This document shows positions 15,001 through 30,000 of a stretch of 64,000 bases of DNA, piece by piece. Origin of the DNA: Diadema antillarum (lineage: Eukaryota); contig NW_027271384.1 in the NCBI RefSeq assembly GCF_040938485.1, positions 3,720,001-3,784,000 of the forward strand, in the 5' to 3' direction. The position numbers and the translations under genes were made by a program. Below the pieces are notes generated by a model. That model made no database searches, had not been told where the DNA came from, and was given only the letters and a program-made list of their open reading frames with translations. Position 1 is the stretch's first letter, and each line of letters begins with the position of its first letter.

Positions 15001-18000
15001 AGTCAGATAGGATGTACCATACTCTAGCTGCTTACCACGCTCATTTTCTAATTTGCCCTCTTTTAATGCTTCAATAGATTGCTTTAACTTTTTGCATATC
15101 ATATCGACTCATCTACTCATAGAATACACGAGTACTGTAGTGTGCCTCAGTGAAATTCAATCATCTCCATCTTCTCACCGTCAGGATTGATGAAGATGTA
15201 GCAGATGTCCTCCACACGTTGCTGCACGTCGGGGTCATCACAGCCATCAGGGGGCGGGAGAATTGTGGTATCGCACTCCTCTTCATTCAGAACCCAGTCA
15301 TTACCAAAGACATTCTGGTACGGTGTCTGCAAACAGGACCACATTCGTCAACACAATAATTGGTACTTTTGGGTACAGCTGCACGATCAGGTCACTGTTA
15401 CATCCACAACACTGATTACATCAAAGTCCAGTCACATGCGGAACATGTCTCTTTCCTACAATCAAATACCCTGATAGACAGGGTATTGAGAAAGAAGGTA
15501 ATAAGAGAGCAGAGTTCTACTTACGACACTTCCATCCTGGAGGCGGAAATCGTTGGATCTGTCGTCATCGAAGGTTCCGCACAGACCACAAGTAGCATTC
15601 CAGTACTGGTATGGCACCTCTATGGTTGCAGTGTTGGCTCCGTCGAAACGTACAGATAGACCAAAGGATGTTTGGATAGTCTGTAATAACGATCAGATAT
15701 CAGGTCCTGTTTACCCTTCCCTTCATATCGTGCCTTTATGCTCAATTCTAAAACAATTACGTGTCAAACAAAAATCTTACATCTTGGCATCACGGCTGCA
15801 ACAAATTTCACTGATATTTCATTTTCGTGTCTCCTTCAAATATCTGACAATGAAATTGCTTTGACACTAACATAGATGTTAATACTAGTTTCTCTTTCAT
15901 TTAATTGTATAAATACTAGTGTGCACCTAATCGATCCATCCTTGTAACAAGACACACTTTGGACATTTTAAATGCCCCTACATCAAAATCAATATCAATT
16001 GATGTGCTGACCCACAATTGAGTAAACCAGCCATCATTCCCTTACCGCGTAAGACCGGTCCGAGCGAATAGTGATGCCGTTGATGAAGCTCAAGGGTGTC
16101 GTCCGCCTTGCACCGTTGACTAGAACCACTCTATTCCGCTCGATCGAATAGCTAGTGCCATTCACCTCCAGTACCACCTTGCGCAGGTACGACACTCGGT
16201 CCGATGGGTTGTTCTTGACGTTGTCTCCCCACAAGTGGAAATCCACAAGGTCCATGCGGTCGCTGCACGGCCTCACCAGCGTGTACTCACAGTCGCCCTG
16301 GAAGTCATGACGACCACCGTCGAACATAGTGTAGTGCGGATCTCCCCACACGGTGCAGATTCCAGGCGCTGTTCAGAGAAGCAGTCGGAAGGTAATTAAA
16401 GCACTCTGAATAGTGGCAGCCAGAAGCCCTCACTTCTTCTCCCAACAAAATATACAATTGGCCGCCTACACTACAGATGTCTGCCATCTGCCACAAGTAA
16501 GCTTAACGTTTCTTTTCACCTCTCGCATTTCTTGCAGACTTCCTTCTATTTTAATTGGTTTCCTCTTTCAAAACAGTACGGTGTTCATCACATACAAAAC
16601 TACATGCTCTTTTACCATGCATGACCTGACTGGATCTTGTACTCTAACAGCATAAAAAGAGAACACATGCAAGTACATTTCCACAAAAGAGAGATCACTG
16701 GCACTCACAAATGGAGTCCATACACACCTACCAAACACTATCAAAATCTCTTGCAATATTGTGCTTCTTCAAAATATGAGGTTTCCCGTCTACCTTCAGT
16801 TTTTCTTCTCAGACAAGATGAGCAGTCGACCAAAGGCTTGAAATACACAGCTCAGTAAGGCTCATCGCCGCCCCGCGTTCTCTATCTATTACTCAAATGA
16901 CTTACCTCTGGTGCATTCTCCATTGCTGTAGGTGAAGCCGTCCCGACAGTAGCAGTCTCTCACACCACCCTTGATCCTACACTCCTGGTTCTCCACGCAC
17001 GCGTATGCCACACATTCCAAAGTGCCTCCAGAACAGCTGCACATCTCGGAGCAGTCATCGTTCACGTACACATCCCCTGCCTGTTTGTGCCAATACCAAT
17101 CATTTAGATTTGCTTTAGACCATGGTCTTCTTTTCAAGCCATTTGCATCTCCATTTGCTTTCAATCCACACGACAATAATCACAGTGTTCAACGATTTAT
17201 TAAACTTAAGCTCAAATATTACCATCAAAGGAGGAAAGCCACACTCACCGAGATGTAGCTTCCGTCTGGAAGAGTGCAACCACAATCCTCTGGCTGCATG
17301 CATGTTCCGCCGTCGTCCAGCAGTCCTTCGGGGCAGCTGCAGATTTCACGGCAGGGAAGTCCGCAGTTCAGGTCGGCATCTGGATCGGCACAGCTGGGCT
17401 GGCAGGCGCTACCGCAAGATTCGTACACTGTTCCACTCGGACACTCAAACCCTGAATAAAGACATTTTTTAGGCAAGGATATACCTTGAACGTCATTTAC
17501 AACGTACAAGAACATACAACAAGTGAAATACCCATTCATCACCACGAAAGCTGTACATTACTTACACCGGATACGATCGGCATCACCAAAAACACAAAGT
17601 GCTCACACAAGTCATATAAAGTCAGTACTGTCGTGGACATTCACAACTGTACAGATTTACAGTTTTCACGCAAAATGCACTACCGTCATTCAGCATCTGC
17701 ACTCTTCTTTCATGACTCCACAATATTTCACTTATTTCTTCCAAACCCACCGAAAGACTTTCGACGTCTTTCAAAAGCTGCATCTCATCCTCACGGCACA
17801 GAGGGTCATGTCAGAGACTCTTGACACGCACTTCATGATATCTGATCACATGGCTTTATTTTTTGCACCTCTAGATTCTGATGATCAGCCAAAACAGCTT
17901 TCCACTATACAACATAAGTGTCATGACACAAAAATACTTACCGCACTGGATTACAGACGCCCTCCAGTCCCCAGCCAAGATGCCATTTGTTTCTCCTCGA

Positions 18001-21000
18001 CACTTCTGAACGTATTCCTGCAGGGCTCCGCATATGATGTCGTTGTCAGGGTCAGTGAAACACAGGTCGAAGACGCAGGCATCATAGTAATCACTCACGT
18101 CCACAAAGTCGGAGCAGCCTCCCAGGGGACCTGAAAGCAAGAAACAGCTGCAAATATAAGCTCTTGGATACTACACAAACAACAAACAAAAATACACACA
18201 CAGAAAAAAGAAAAGAGACTGAGAAATTCCACTGCACTTTTCTATTCGAGGTGATTAGAAATCATCAGACAAATAGTCAGATAGGATGTACCATACTCCA
18301 GCTGCTTACCACGCTCATTTTCAAATTTGCCCTCTTTTAATGCTTCAATAGATTGCTTTAACTTTTTGCATATCATATCGACTCATCTACTCATAGAATA
18401 CACGAGTACTGTAGTGTGCCTCAGTGAAATTCAATCATCTCCATCTTCTCACCGTCAGGATTGATGAAGATGTAGCAGATGTCCTCCACACGTTGCTGCA
18501 CGTCGGGGTCATCACAGCCATCAGGGGGCGGGAGAATTGTGGTATCGCACTCCTCTTCATTCAGAACCCAGTCATTACCAAAGACATTCTGGTACGGTGT
18601 CTGCAAACAGGACCACATTCGTCAACACAATAATTGGTACTTTTGGGTACAGCTGCACGATCAGGTCACTGTTACATCCACAACACTGATTACATCAAAG
18701 TCCAGTCACATGCGGAACATGTCTCTTTCCTACAATCAAATACCCTGATAGACAGGGTATTGAGAAAGAAGGTAATAAGAGAGCAGAGTTCTACTTACGA
18801 CACTTCCATCCTGGAGGCGGAAATCGTTGGATCTGTCGTCATCGAAGGTTCCGCACAGACCACAAGTAGCATTCCAGTACTGGTATGGCACCTCTATGGT
18901 TGCAGTGTTGGCTCCGTCGAAACGTACAGATAGACCAAAGGATGTTTGGATAGTCTGTAATAACGATCAGATATCAGGTCCTGTTTACCCTTCCCTTCAT
19001 ATCGTGCCTTTATACTCAATTCTAAAACAATTACGTGTCAAACAAAAATCTTACATCTTGGCATCACGGCTGCAACAAATTTCACTGATATTTCATTTTT
19101 GTGTCTCCTTCAAATAATTGACAATGAAATTGCTTTGACACTAACATAGATGTTAATGCTAGTTTCTCTTTCATTTAATTGTATAAATACTAGTGTGCAC
19201 CTAATCGATCCATCCTTGTAACAAGACACACTTTGGACATTTTAAATGCCCCTACATCAAAATCAATATCAATTGATGTGCTGACCCACAATTGAGTAAA
19301 CCAGCCATCATTCCCTTACCGCGTAAGACCGGTCCGAGCGAATAGTGATGCCGTTGATGAAGCTCAAGGGTGTCGTCCGCCTTGCACCGTTGACTAGAAC
19401 CACTCTATTCCGCTCGATCGAATAGCTAGTGCCATTCACCTCTAGTACCACCTTGCGCAGGTACGACACTCGGTCCGATGGGTTGTTCTTGACGTTGTCT
19501 CCCCACAAGTGGAAATCCACAAGGTCCGTGCGGTCGCTGCACGGCCTCACCAGCATGTACTCACAGTCGCCCTGGAAGTCATGACGACCACCGTCGAACA
19601 TAGTGTAGTGCGGATCTCCCCACACGGTGCAGATTCCAGGCGCTGTTCAGAGAAGCAGTCGGAAGGTAATTAAAGCACTCTGAATAGTGGCAGCCAGAAG
19701 CCCTCACTTCTTCTCCCAACAAAATATACAATTGGCCGCCTACACTACAGATGTCTGCCATCTGCCACAAGTAAGCTTAACGGTTTTTTTCACCTCTCGC
19801 ATTTCTTGCAGACTTCCTTCTATTTTAATTGGTTTCCTCTTTCAAAACAGTACGGTGTTCATCACATACAAAAGTACATGCTCTTTTACCATGCATGACC
19901 TGACTGGATCTTGTACTCTAACAGCATAAAAAGAGAACACATGCAAGTACATTTCCACAAAAGAGAGATCACTGGCACTCACAAATGGAGTCCATACACA
20001 CCTACCAAACACTATCAAAATCTCTTGCAATATTGTGCTTCTTCAAAATATGAGGTTTCCCGTCTACCTTCAGTTTTTCTTCTCAGACAAGACGACCAAA
20101 GGCTTGAAATACACAGCTCAGTAAGGCTCATCGCCGCCCCGCGTTCTCTACAGTGTATCTATTACTCAAATGACTTACCTCTGGTGCATTCTCCATTGCT
20201 GTAGGTGAAGCCGTCCCGACAGTAGCAGTCTCTCACACCACCCTTGATCCTACACTCCTGGTTCTCCACGCACGCGTATGCCACACATTCCAAAGTGCCT
20301 CCAGAACAGCTGCACATCTCGGAGCAGTCATCGTTCACGTACACATCCCCTGCCTGTTTGTGCCAATACCAATCATTTAGATTTGCTTTAGACCATGGTC
20401 TTCTTTTCAAGCCATTTGCATCTCCATTTGCTTTCAATCCACACGACATTAATCACAGTGTTCAACGATTTATTAAACTTAAGCTCAAATATTACCATCA
20501 AAGGAGGAAAGCCACACTCACCGAGATGTAGCTTCTGTCTGGAAGAGTGCAACCACAATCCTCTGGCTGCACGCATGTTCCGCCGTCGTCCAGCAGTCCT
20601 TCGGGGCAGCTGCAGATTTCACGGCAGGGAAGTCCGCAGTTCAGGTCGGCATCTGGATCAGCACAGCTGGGCTGGCAGGCGCTACCGCAAGATTCGTACA
20701 CTGTTCCACTCGGACACTCAAACCCTGAATAAAGACAGTTTTTAGGCAAGGATATACCTTGAACGTCATTTACAACGTACAAGAACATACAACAAGTGAA
20801 ATACCCATTCATCACCACGAAAGCTGTACATTACTTACACCGGATACGATCGGCATCACCAAAAACACAAAGTGCTCACACAAGTCATATAAAGTCAGTA
20901 CTGTCGGGGACATTCACAACTGTACAGATTTACAGTTTTCACGCAAAATGCACTACCGTCATTCAGCATCTGCACTCTTCTTTCATGACTCCACAATATT

Positions 21001-24000
21001 TCACTTATTTCTTCCAAACCTACCGAAAGACTTTCGACGTCTTTCAAAAGCTGCATCTCATCCTCACGGCACAGAGGGTCATGTCAGAGACTCTTGACAC
21101 GCACTTCATGATATCTGATCACATGGCTTTATTTTTTGCACCTCTAGATTCTGATGATCAGCCAAAACAGCTTTCCACTATACAACATAAGTGTCATGAC
21201 ACAAAAATACTTACCGCACTGGATTACAGACGCCCTCCAGTCCCCAGCCAAGATGCCATTTGTTTCTCCTCGACACTTCTGAACGTATTCCTGCAGGGCT
21301 CCGCATATGATGTCGTTGTCAGGGTCAGTGAAACACAGGTCGAAGACGCAGGCATCATAGTAATCACTCACGTCCACAAAGTCGGAGCAGCCTCCCAGGG
21401 GACCTGAAAGCAAGAAACAGCTGCAAATATAAGCTCTTGGATACTACACAAACAACAAACAAAAATACACACACAGAAAAAAGAAAAGAGACTGAGAAAT
21501 TCCACTGCACTTTTCTATTCGAGGTGATTAGAAATCATCAGACAAATAGTCAGATAGGATGTACCATACTCTAGCTGCTTACCACGCTCATTTTCTAATT
21601 TGCCCTCTTTTAATGCTTCAATAGATTGCTTTAACTTTTTGCATATCATATCGACTCATCTACTCATAGAATACACGAGTACTGTAGTGTGCCTCAGTGA
21701 AATTCAATCATCTCCATCTTCTCACCGTCAGGATTGATGAAGATGTAGCAGATGTCCTCCACACGTTGCTGCACGTCGGGGTCATCACAGCCATCAGGGG
21801 GCGGGAGAATTGTGGTATCGCACTCCTCTTCATTCAGAACCCAGTCATTACCAAAGACATTCTGGTACGGTGTCTGCAAACAGGACCACATTCGTCAACA
21901 CAATAATTGGTACTTTTGGGTACAGCTGCACGATCAGGTCACTGTTACATCCACAACACTGATTACATCAAAGTCCAGTCACATACGGAACATGTCTCTT
22001 TCCTACAATCAAATACCCTGATAGACAGGGTATTGAGAAAGAAGGTAATAAGAGAGCAGAGTTCTACTTACGACACTTCCATCCTGGAGGCGGAAATCGT
22101 TGGATCTGTCGTCATCGAAGGTTCCGCACAGACCACAAGTAGCATTCCAGTACTGGTATGGCACCTCTATGGTTGCAGTGTTGGCTCCGTCGAAACGTAC
22201 AGATAGACCAAAGGATGTTTGGATAGTCTGTAATAACGATCAGATATCAGGTCCTGTTTACCCTTCCCTTCATATCGTGCCTTTATGCTCAATTCTAAAA
22301 CAATTACGTGTCAAACAAAAATCTTACATCTTGGCATCACGGCTGCAACAAATTTCACTGATATTTCATTTTCGTGTCTCCTTCAAATATCTGACAATGA
22401 AATTGCTTTGACACTAACATAGATATTAATACTAGTTTCTCTTTCATTTAATTGTATAAATACTAGTGTGCACCACATCCTTGTAACAAGACACACTTTG
22501 GACATTTTAAATGCCCCTACATCAAAATCAATATCAATTGATGTGCTGACCCACAATTGAGTAAACCAGCCATCATTCCCTTACCGCGTAAGACCGGTCC
22601 GAGCGAATAGTGATGCCGTTGATGAAGCTCAAGGGTGTCGTCCGCCTTGCACCGTTGACTAGAACCACTCTATTCCGCTCGATCGAATAGCTAGTGCCAT
22701 TCACCTCCAGTACCACCTTGCGCAGGTACGACACTCGGTCCGATGGGTTGTTCTTGACGTTGTCTCCCCACAAGTGGAAATCCACAAGGTCCGTGCGGTC
22801 GCTGCACGGCCTCACCAGCGTGTACTCACAGTCGCCCTGGAAGTCATGACGACCACCGTCGAACATAGTGTAGTGCGGATCTCCCCACACGGTGCAGATT
22901 CCAGGCGCTGTTCAGAGAAGCAGTCGGAAGGTAATTAAAGCACTCTGAATAGTGGCAGCCAGAAGCCCTCACTTCTTCTCCCAACAAAATATACAATTGG
23001 CCGCCTACACTACAGATGTCTGCCATCTGCCACAAGTAAGCTTAACGGTTTTTTTCACCTCTCGCATTTCTTGCAGACTTCCTTCTATTTTAATTGGTTT
23101 CCTCTTTCAAAACAGTACGGTGTTCATCACATACAAAAGTACATGCTCTTTTACCATGCATGACCTGACTGGATCTTGTACTCTAACAGCATAAAAAGAG
23201 AACACATGCAAGTACATTTCCACAAAAGAGAGATCACTGGCACTCACAAATGGAGTCCATACACACCTACCAAACACTATCAAAATCTCTTGCAATATTG
23301 TGCTTCTTCAAAATATGAGGTTTCCCGTCTACCTTCAGTTTTTCTTCTCAGACAAGATGAGCAGTCGACCAAAGGCTTGAAATACACAGCTCAGTAAGGC
23401 TCATCGCCGCCCCGCGTTCTCTATCTATTACTCAAATGACTTACCTCTGGTGCATTCTCCATTGCTGTAGGTGAAGCCGTCCCGACAGTAGCAGTCTCTC
23501 ACACCACCCTTGATCCTACACTCCTGGTTCTCCACGCACGCGTATGCCACACATTCCAAAGTGCCTCCAGAACAGCTGCACATCTCGGAGCAGTCATCGT
23601 TCACGTACACATCCCCTGCCTGTTTGTGCCAATACCAATCATTTAGATTTGCTTTAGACCATGGTCTTCTTTTCAAGCCATTTGCATCTCCATTTGCTTT
23701 CAATCCACACGACAATAATCACAGTGTTCAACGATTTATTAAACTTAAGCTCAAATATTACCATCAAAGGAGGAAAGCCACACTCACCGAGATGTAGCTT
23801 CCGTCTGGAAGAGTGCAACCACAATCCTCTGGCTGCACGCATGTTCCGCCGTCGTCCAGCAGTCCTTCGGGGCAGCTGCAGATTTCACGGCAGGGAAGTC
23901 CGCAGTTCAGGTCGGCATCTGGATCGGCACAGCTGGGCTGGCAGGCGCTACCGCAAGATTCGTACACTGTTCCACTCGGACACTCAAACCCTGAATAAAG

Positions 24001-27000
24001 ACAGTTTTTAGGCAAGGATATACCTTGAACGTCATTTACAACGTACAAGAACATACAACAAGTGAAATACCCATTCATCACCACGAAAGCTGTACATTAC
24101 TTACACCGGATACGATCGGCATCACCAAAAACACAAAGTGCTCACACAAGTCATATAAAGTCAGTACTGTCGGGGACATTCACAACTGTACAGATTTACA
24201 GTTTTCACGCAAAATGCACTACCGTCATTCAGCATCTGCACTCTTCTTTCATGACTCCACAATATTTCACTTATTTCTTCCAAACCCACCGAAAGACTTT
24301 CGACGTCTTTCAAAAGCTGCATCTCATCCTCACGGCACAGAGGGTCATGTCAGAGACTCTTGACACGCACTTCATGATATCTGATCACATGGCTTTATTT
24401 TTTGCACCTCTAGATTCTGATGATCAGCCAAAACAGCTTTCCACTATACAACATAAGTGTCATGACACAAAAATACTTACCGCACTGGATTACAGACGCC
24501 CTCCAGTCCCCAGCCAAGATGCCATTTGTTTCTCCTCGACACTTCTGAACGTATTCCTGCAGGGCTCCGCATATGATGTCGTTGTCAGGGTCAGTGAAAC
24601 ACAGGTCGAAGACGCAGGCATCATAGTAATCACTCACGTCCACAAAGTCGGAGCAGCCTCCCAGGGGACCTGAAAGCAAGAAACAGCTGCAAATATAAGC
24701 TCTTGGATACTACACAAACAACAAACAAAAATACACACACAGAAAAAAGAAAAGAGACTGAGAAATTCCACTGCACTTTTCTATTCGAGGTGATTAGAAA
24801 TCATCAGACAAATAGTCAGATAGGATGTACCATACTCTAGCTGCTTACCACGCTCATTTTCTAATTTGCCCTCTTTTAATGCTTCAATAGATTGCTTTAA
24901 CTTTTTGCATATCATATCGACTCATCTACTCATAGAATACACGAGTACTGTAGTGTGCCTCAGTGAAATTCAATCATCTCCATCTTCTCACCGTCAGGAT
25001 TGATGAAGATGTAGCAGATGTCCTCCACACGTTGCTGCACGTCGGGGTCATCACAGCCATCAGGGGGCGGGAGAATTGTGGTATCGCACTCCTCTTCATT
25101 CAGAACCCAGTCATTACCAAAGACATTCTGGTACGGTGTCTGCAAACAGGACCACATTCGTCAACACAATTATTGGTACTTTTGGGTACAGCTGCACGAT
25201 CAGGTCACTGTTACATCCACAACACTGATTACATCAAAGTCCAGTCACATGCGGAACATGTCTCTTTCCTACAATCAAATACCCTGATAGACAGGGTATT
25301 GAGAAAGAAGGTAATAAGAGAGCAGAGTTCTACTTACGACACTTCCATCCTGGAGGCGGAAATCGTTGGATCTGTCGTCATCGAAGGTTCCGCACAGACC
25401 ACAAGTAGCATTCCAGTACTGGTATGGCACCTCTATGGTTGCAGTGTTGGCTCCGTCGAAACGTACAGATAGACCAAAGGATGTTTGGATAGTCTGTAAT
25501 AACGATCAGATATCAGGTCCTGTTTACCCTTCCCTTCATATCGTGCCTTTATGCTCAATTCTAAAACAATTACGTGTCAAACAAAAATCTTACATCTTGG
25601 CATCACGGCTGCAACAAATTTCACTGATATTTCATTTTCGTGTCTCCTTCAAATATCTGACAATGAAATTGCTTTGACACTAACATAGATGTTAATACTA
25701 GTTTCTCTTTCATTTAATTGTATAAATACTAGTGTGCACCACATCCTTGTAACAAGACACACTTTGGACATTTTAAATGCCCCTACATCAAAATCAATAT
25801 CAATTGATGTGCTGACCCACAATTGAGTAAACCAGCCATCATTCCCTTACCGCGTAAGACCGGTCCGAGCGAATAGTGATGCCGTTGATGAAGCTCAAGG
25901 GTGTCGTCCGCCTTGCACCGTTGACTAGAACCACTCTATTCCGCTCGATCGAATAGCTAGTGCCATTCACCTCCAGTACCACCTTGCGCAGGTACGACAC
26001 TCGGTCCGATGGGTTGTTCTTGACGTTGTCTCCCCACAAGTGGAAATCCACAAGGTCCGTGCGGTCGCTGCACGGCCTCACCAGCGTGTACTCACAGTCG
26101 CCCTGGAAGTCATGACGACCACCGTCGAACATAGTGTAGTGCGGATCTCCCCACACGGTGCAGATTCCAGGCGCTGTTCAGAGAAGCAGTCGGAAGGTAA
26201 TTAAAGCACTCTGAATAGTGGCAGCCAGAAGCCCTCACTTCTTCTCCCAACAAAATATACAATTGGCCGCCTACACTACAGATGTCTGCCATCTGCCACA
26301 AGTAAGCTTAACGTTTCTTTTCACCTCTCGCATTTCTTGCAGACTTCCTTCTATTTTAATTGGTTTCCTCTTTCAAAACAGTACGGTGTTCATCACATAC
26401 AAAACTACATGCTCTTTTACCATGCATGACCTGACTGGATCTTGTACTCTAACAGCATAAAAAGAGAACACATGCAAGTACATTTCCACAAAAGAGAGAT
26501 CACTGGCACTCACAAATGGAGTCCATACACACCTACCAAACACTATCAAAATCTCTTGCAATATTGTGCTTCTTCAAAATATGAGGTTTCCCGTCTACCT
26601 TCAGTTTTTCTTCTCAGACAAGATGAGCAGTCGACCAAAGGCTTGAAATACACAGCTCAGTAAGGCTCATCGCCGCCCCGCGTTCTCTATCTATTACTCA
26701 AATGACTTACCTCTGGTGCATTCTCCATTGCTGTAGGTGAAGCCGTCCCGACAGTAGCAGTCTCTCACACCACCCTTGATCCTACACTCCTGGTTCTCCA
26801 CGCACGCGTATGCCACACATTCCAAAGTGCCTCCAGAACAGCTGCACATCTCGGAGCAGTCATCGTTCACGTACACATCCCCTGCCTGTTTGTGCCAATA
26901 CCAATCATTTAGATTTGCTTTAGACCATGGTCTTCTTTTCAAGCCATTTGCATCTCCATTTGCTTTCAATCCACACGACAATAATCACAGTGTTCAACGA

Positions 27001-30000
27001 TTTATTAAACTTAAGCTCAAATATTACCATCAAAGGAGGAAAGCCACACTCACCGAGATGTAGCTTCCGTCTGGAAGAGTGCAACCACAATCCTCTGGCT
27101 GCACGCATGTTCCGCCGTCGTCCAGCAGTCCTTCGGGGCAGCTGCAGATTTCACGGCAGGGAAGTCCGCAGTTCAGGTCGGCATCTGGATCGGCACAGCT
27201 GGGCTGGCAGGCGCTACCGCAAGATTCGTACACTGTTCCACTCGGACACTCAAACCCTGAATAAAGACAATTTTTAGGCAAGGATATACCTTGAACGTCA
27301 TTTACAACGTACAAGAACATACAACAAGTGAAATACCCATTCATCACCACGAAAGCTGTACATTACTTACACCGGATACGATCGGCATCACCAAAAACAC
27401 AAAGTGCTCACACAAGTCATATAAAGTCAGTACCGTCGGGGACATTCACAACTGTACAGATTTACAGTTTTCACGCAAAATGCACTACCGTCATTCAGCA
27501 TCTGCACTCTTCTTTCATGACTCCACAATATTTCACTTATTTCTTCCAAACCCACCGAAAGACTTTCGACGTCTTTCAAAAGCTGCATCTCATCCTCACG
27601 GCACAGAGGGTCATGTCAGAGACTCTTGACACGCACTTCATGATATCTGATCACATGGCTTTATTTTTTGCACCTCTAGATTCTGATGATCAGCCAAAAC
27701 AGCTTTCCACTATACAACATAAGTGTCATGACACAAAAATACTTACCGCACTGGATTACAGACGCCCTCCAGTCCCCAGCCAAGATGCCATTTGTTTCTC
27801 CTCGACACTTCTGAACGTATTCCTGCAGGGCTCCGCATATGATGTCGTTGTCAGGGTCAGTGAAACACAGGTCGAAGACGCAGGCATCATAGTAATCACT
27901 CACGTCCACAAAGTCGGAGCAGCCTCCCAGGGGACCTGAAAGCAAGAAACAGCTGCAAATATAAGCTCTTGGATACTACACAAACAACAAACAAAAATAC
28001 ACACACAGAAAAAAGAAAAGAGACTGAGAAATTCCACTGCACTTTTCTATTCGAGGTGATTAGAAATCATCAGACAAATAGTCAGATAGGATGTACCATA
28101 CTCCAGCTGCTTACCACGCTCATTTTCAAATTTGCCCTCTTTTAATGCTTCAATAGATTGCTTTAACTTTTTGCATATCATATCGACTCATCTACTCATA
28201 GAATACACGAGTACTGTAGTGTGCCTCAGTGAAATTCAATCATCTCCATCTTCTCACCGTCAGGATTGATGAAGATGTAGCAGATGTCCTCCACACGTTG
28301 CTGCACGTCGGGGTCATCACAGCCATCAGGGGGCGGGAGAATTGTGGTATCGCACTCCTCTTCATTCAGAACCCAGTCATTACCAAAGACATTCTGGTAC
28401 GGTGTCTGCAAACAGGACCACATTCGTCAACACAATAATTGGTACTTTTGGGTACAGCTGCACGATCAGGTCACTGTTACATCCACAACACTGATTACAT
28501 CAAAGTCCAGTCACATGCGGAACATGTCTCTTTCCTACAATCAAATACCCTGATAGACAGGGTATTGAGAAAGAAGGTAATAAGAGAGCAGAGTTCTACT
28601 TACGACACTTCCATCCTGGAGGCGGAAATCGTTGGATCTGTCGTCATCGAAGGTTCCGCACAGACCACAAGTAGCATTCCAGTACTGGTATGGCACCTCT
28701 ATGGTTGCAGTGTTGGCTCCGTCGAAACGTACAGATAGACCAAAGGATGTTTGGATAGTCTGTAATAACGATCAGATATCAGGTCCTGTTTACCCTTCCC
28801 TTCATATCGTGCCTTTATGCTCAATTCTAAAACAATTACGTGTCAAACAAAAATCTTACATCTTGGCATCACGGCTGCAACAAATTTCACTGATATTTCA
28901 TTTTTGTGTCTCCTTCAAATATCTGACAATGAAATTGCTTTGACACTAACATAGATGTTAATGCTAGTTTCTCTTTCATTTAATTGTATAAATACTAGTG
29001 TGCACCTAATCGATCCATCCTTGTAACAAGACACACTTTGGACATTTTAAATGCCCCTACATCAAAATCAATATCAATTGATGTGCTGACCCACAATTGA
29101 GTAAACCAGCCATCATTCCCTTACCGCGTAAGACCGGTCCGAGCGAATAGTGATGCCGTTGATGAAGCTCAAGGGTGTCGTCCGCCTTGCACCGTTGACT
29201 AGAACCACTCTATTCCGCTCGATCGAATAGCTAGTGCCATTCACCTCCAGTACCACCTTGCGCAGGTACGACACTCGGTCCGATGGGTTGTTCTTGACGT
29301 TGTCTCCCCACAAGTGGAAATCCACAAGGTCCGTGCGGTCGCTGCACGGCCTCACCAGCGTGTACTCACAGTCGCCCTGGAAGTCATGACGACCACCGTC
29401 GAACATAGTGTAGTGCGGATCTCCCCACACGGTGCAGATTCCAGGCGCTGTTCAGAGAAGCAGTCGGAAGGTAATTAAAGCACTCTGAATAGTGGCAGCC
29501 AGAAGCCCTCACTTCTTCTCCCAACAAAATATACAATTGGCCGCCTACACTACAGATGTCTGCCATCTGCCACAAGTAAGCTTAACGTTTCTTTTCACCT
29601 CTCGCATTTCTTGCAGACTTCCTTCTATTTTAATTGGTTTCCTCTTTCAAAACAGTACGGTGTTCATCACATACAAAAGTACATGCTCTTTTACCATGCA
29701 TGACCTGACTGGATCTTGTACTCTAACAGCATAAAAAGAGAACACATGCAAGTACATTTCCACAAAAGAGAGATCACTGGCACTCACAAATGGAGTCCAT
29801 ACACACCTACCAAACACTATCAAAATCTCTTGCAATATTGTGCTTCTTCAAAATATGAGGTTTCCCGTCTACCTTCAGTTTTTCTTCTCAGACAAGATGA
29901 GCAGTCGACCAAAGGCTTGAAATACACAGCTCAGTAAGGCTCATCGCCGCCCCGCGTTCTCTATCTATTACTCAAATGACTTACCTCTGGTGCATTCTCC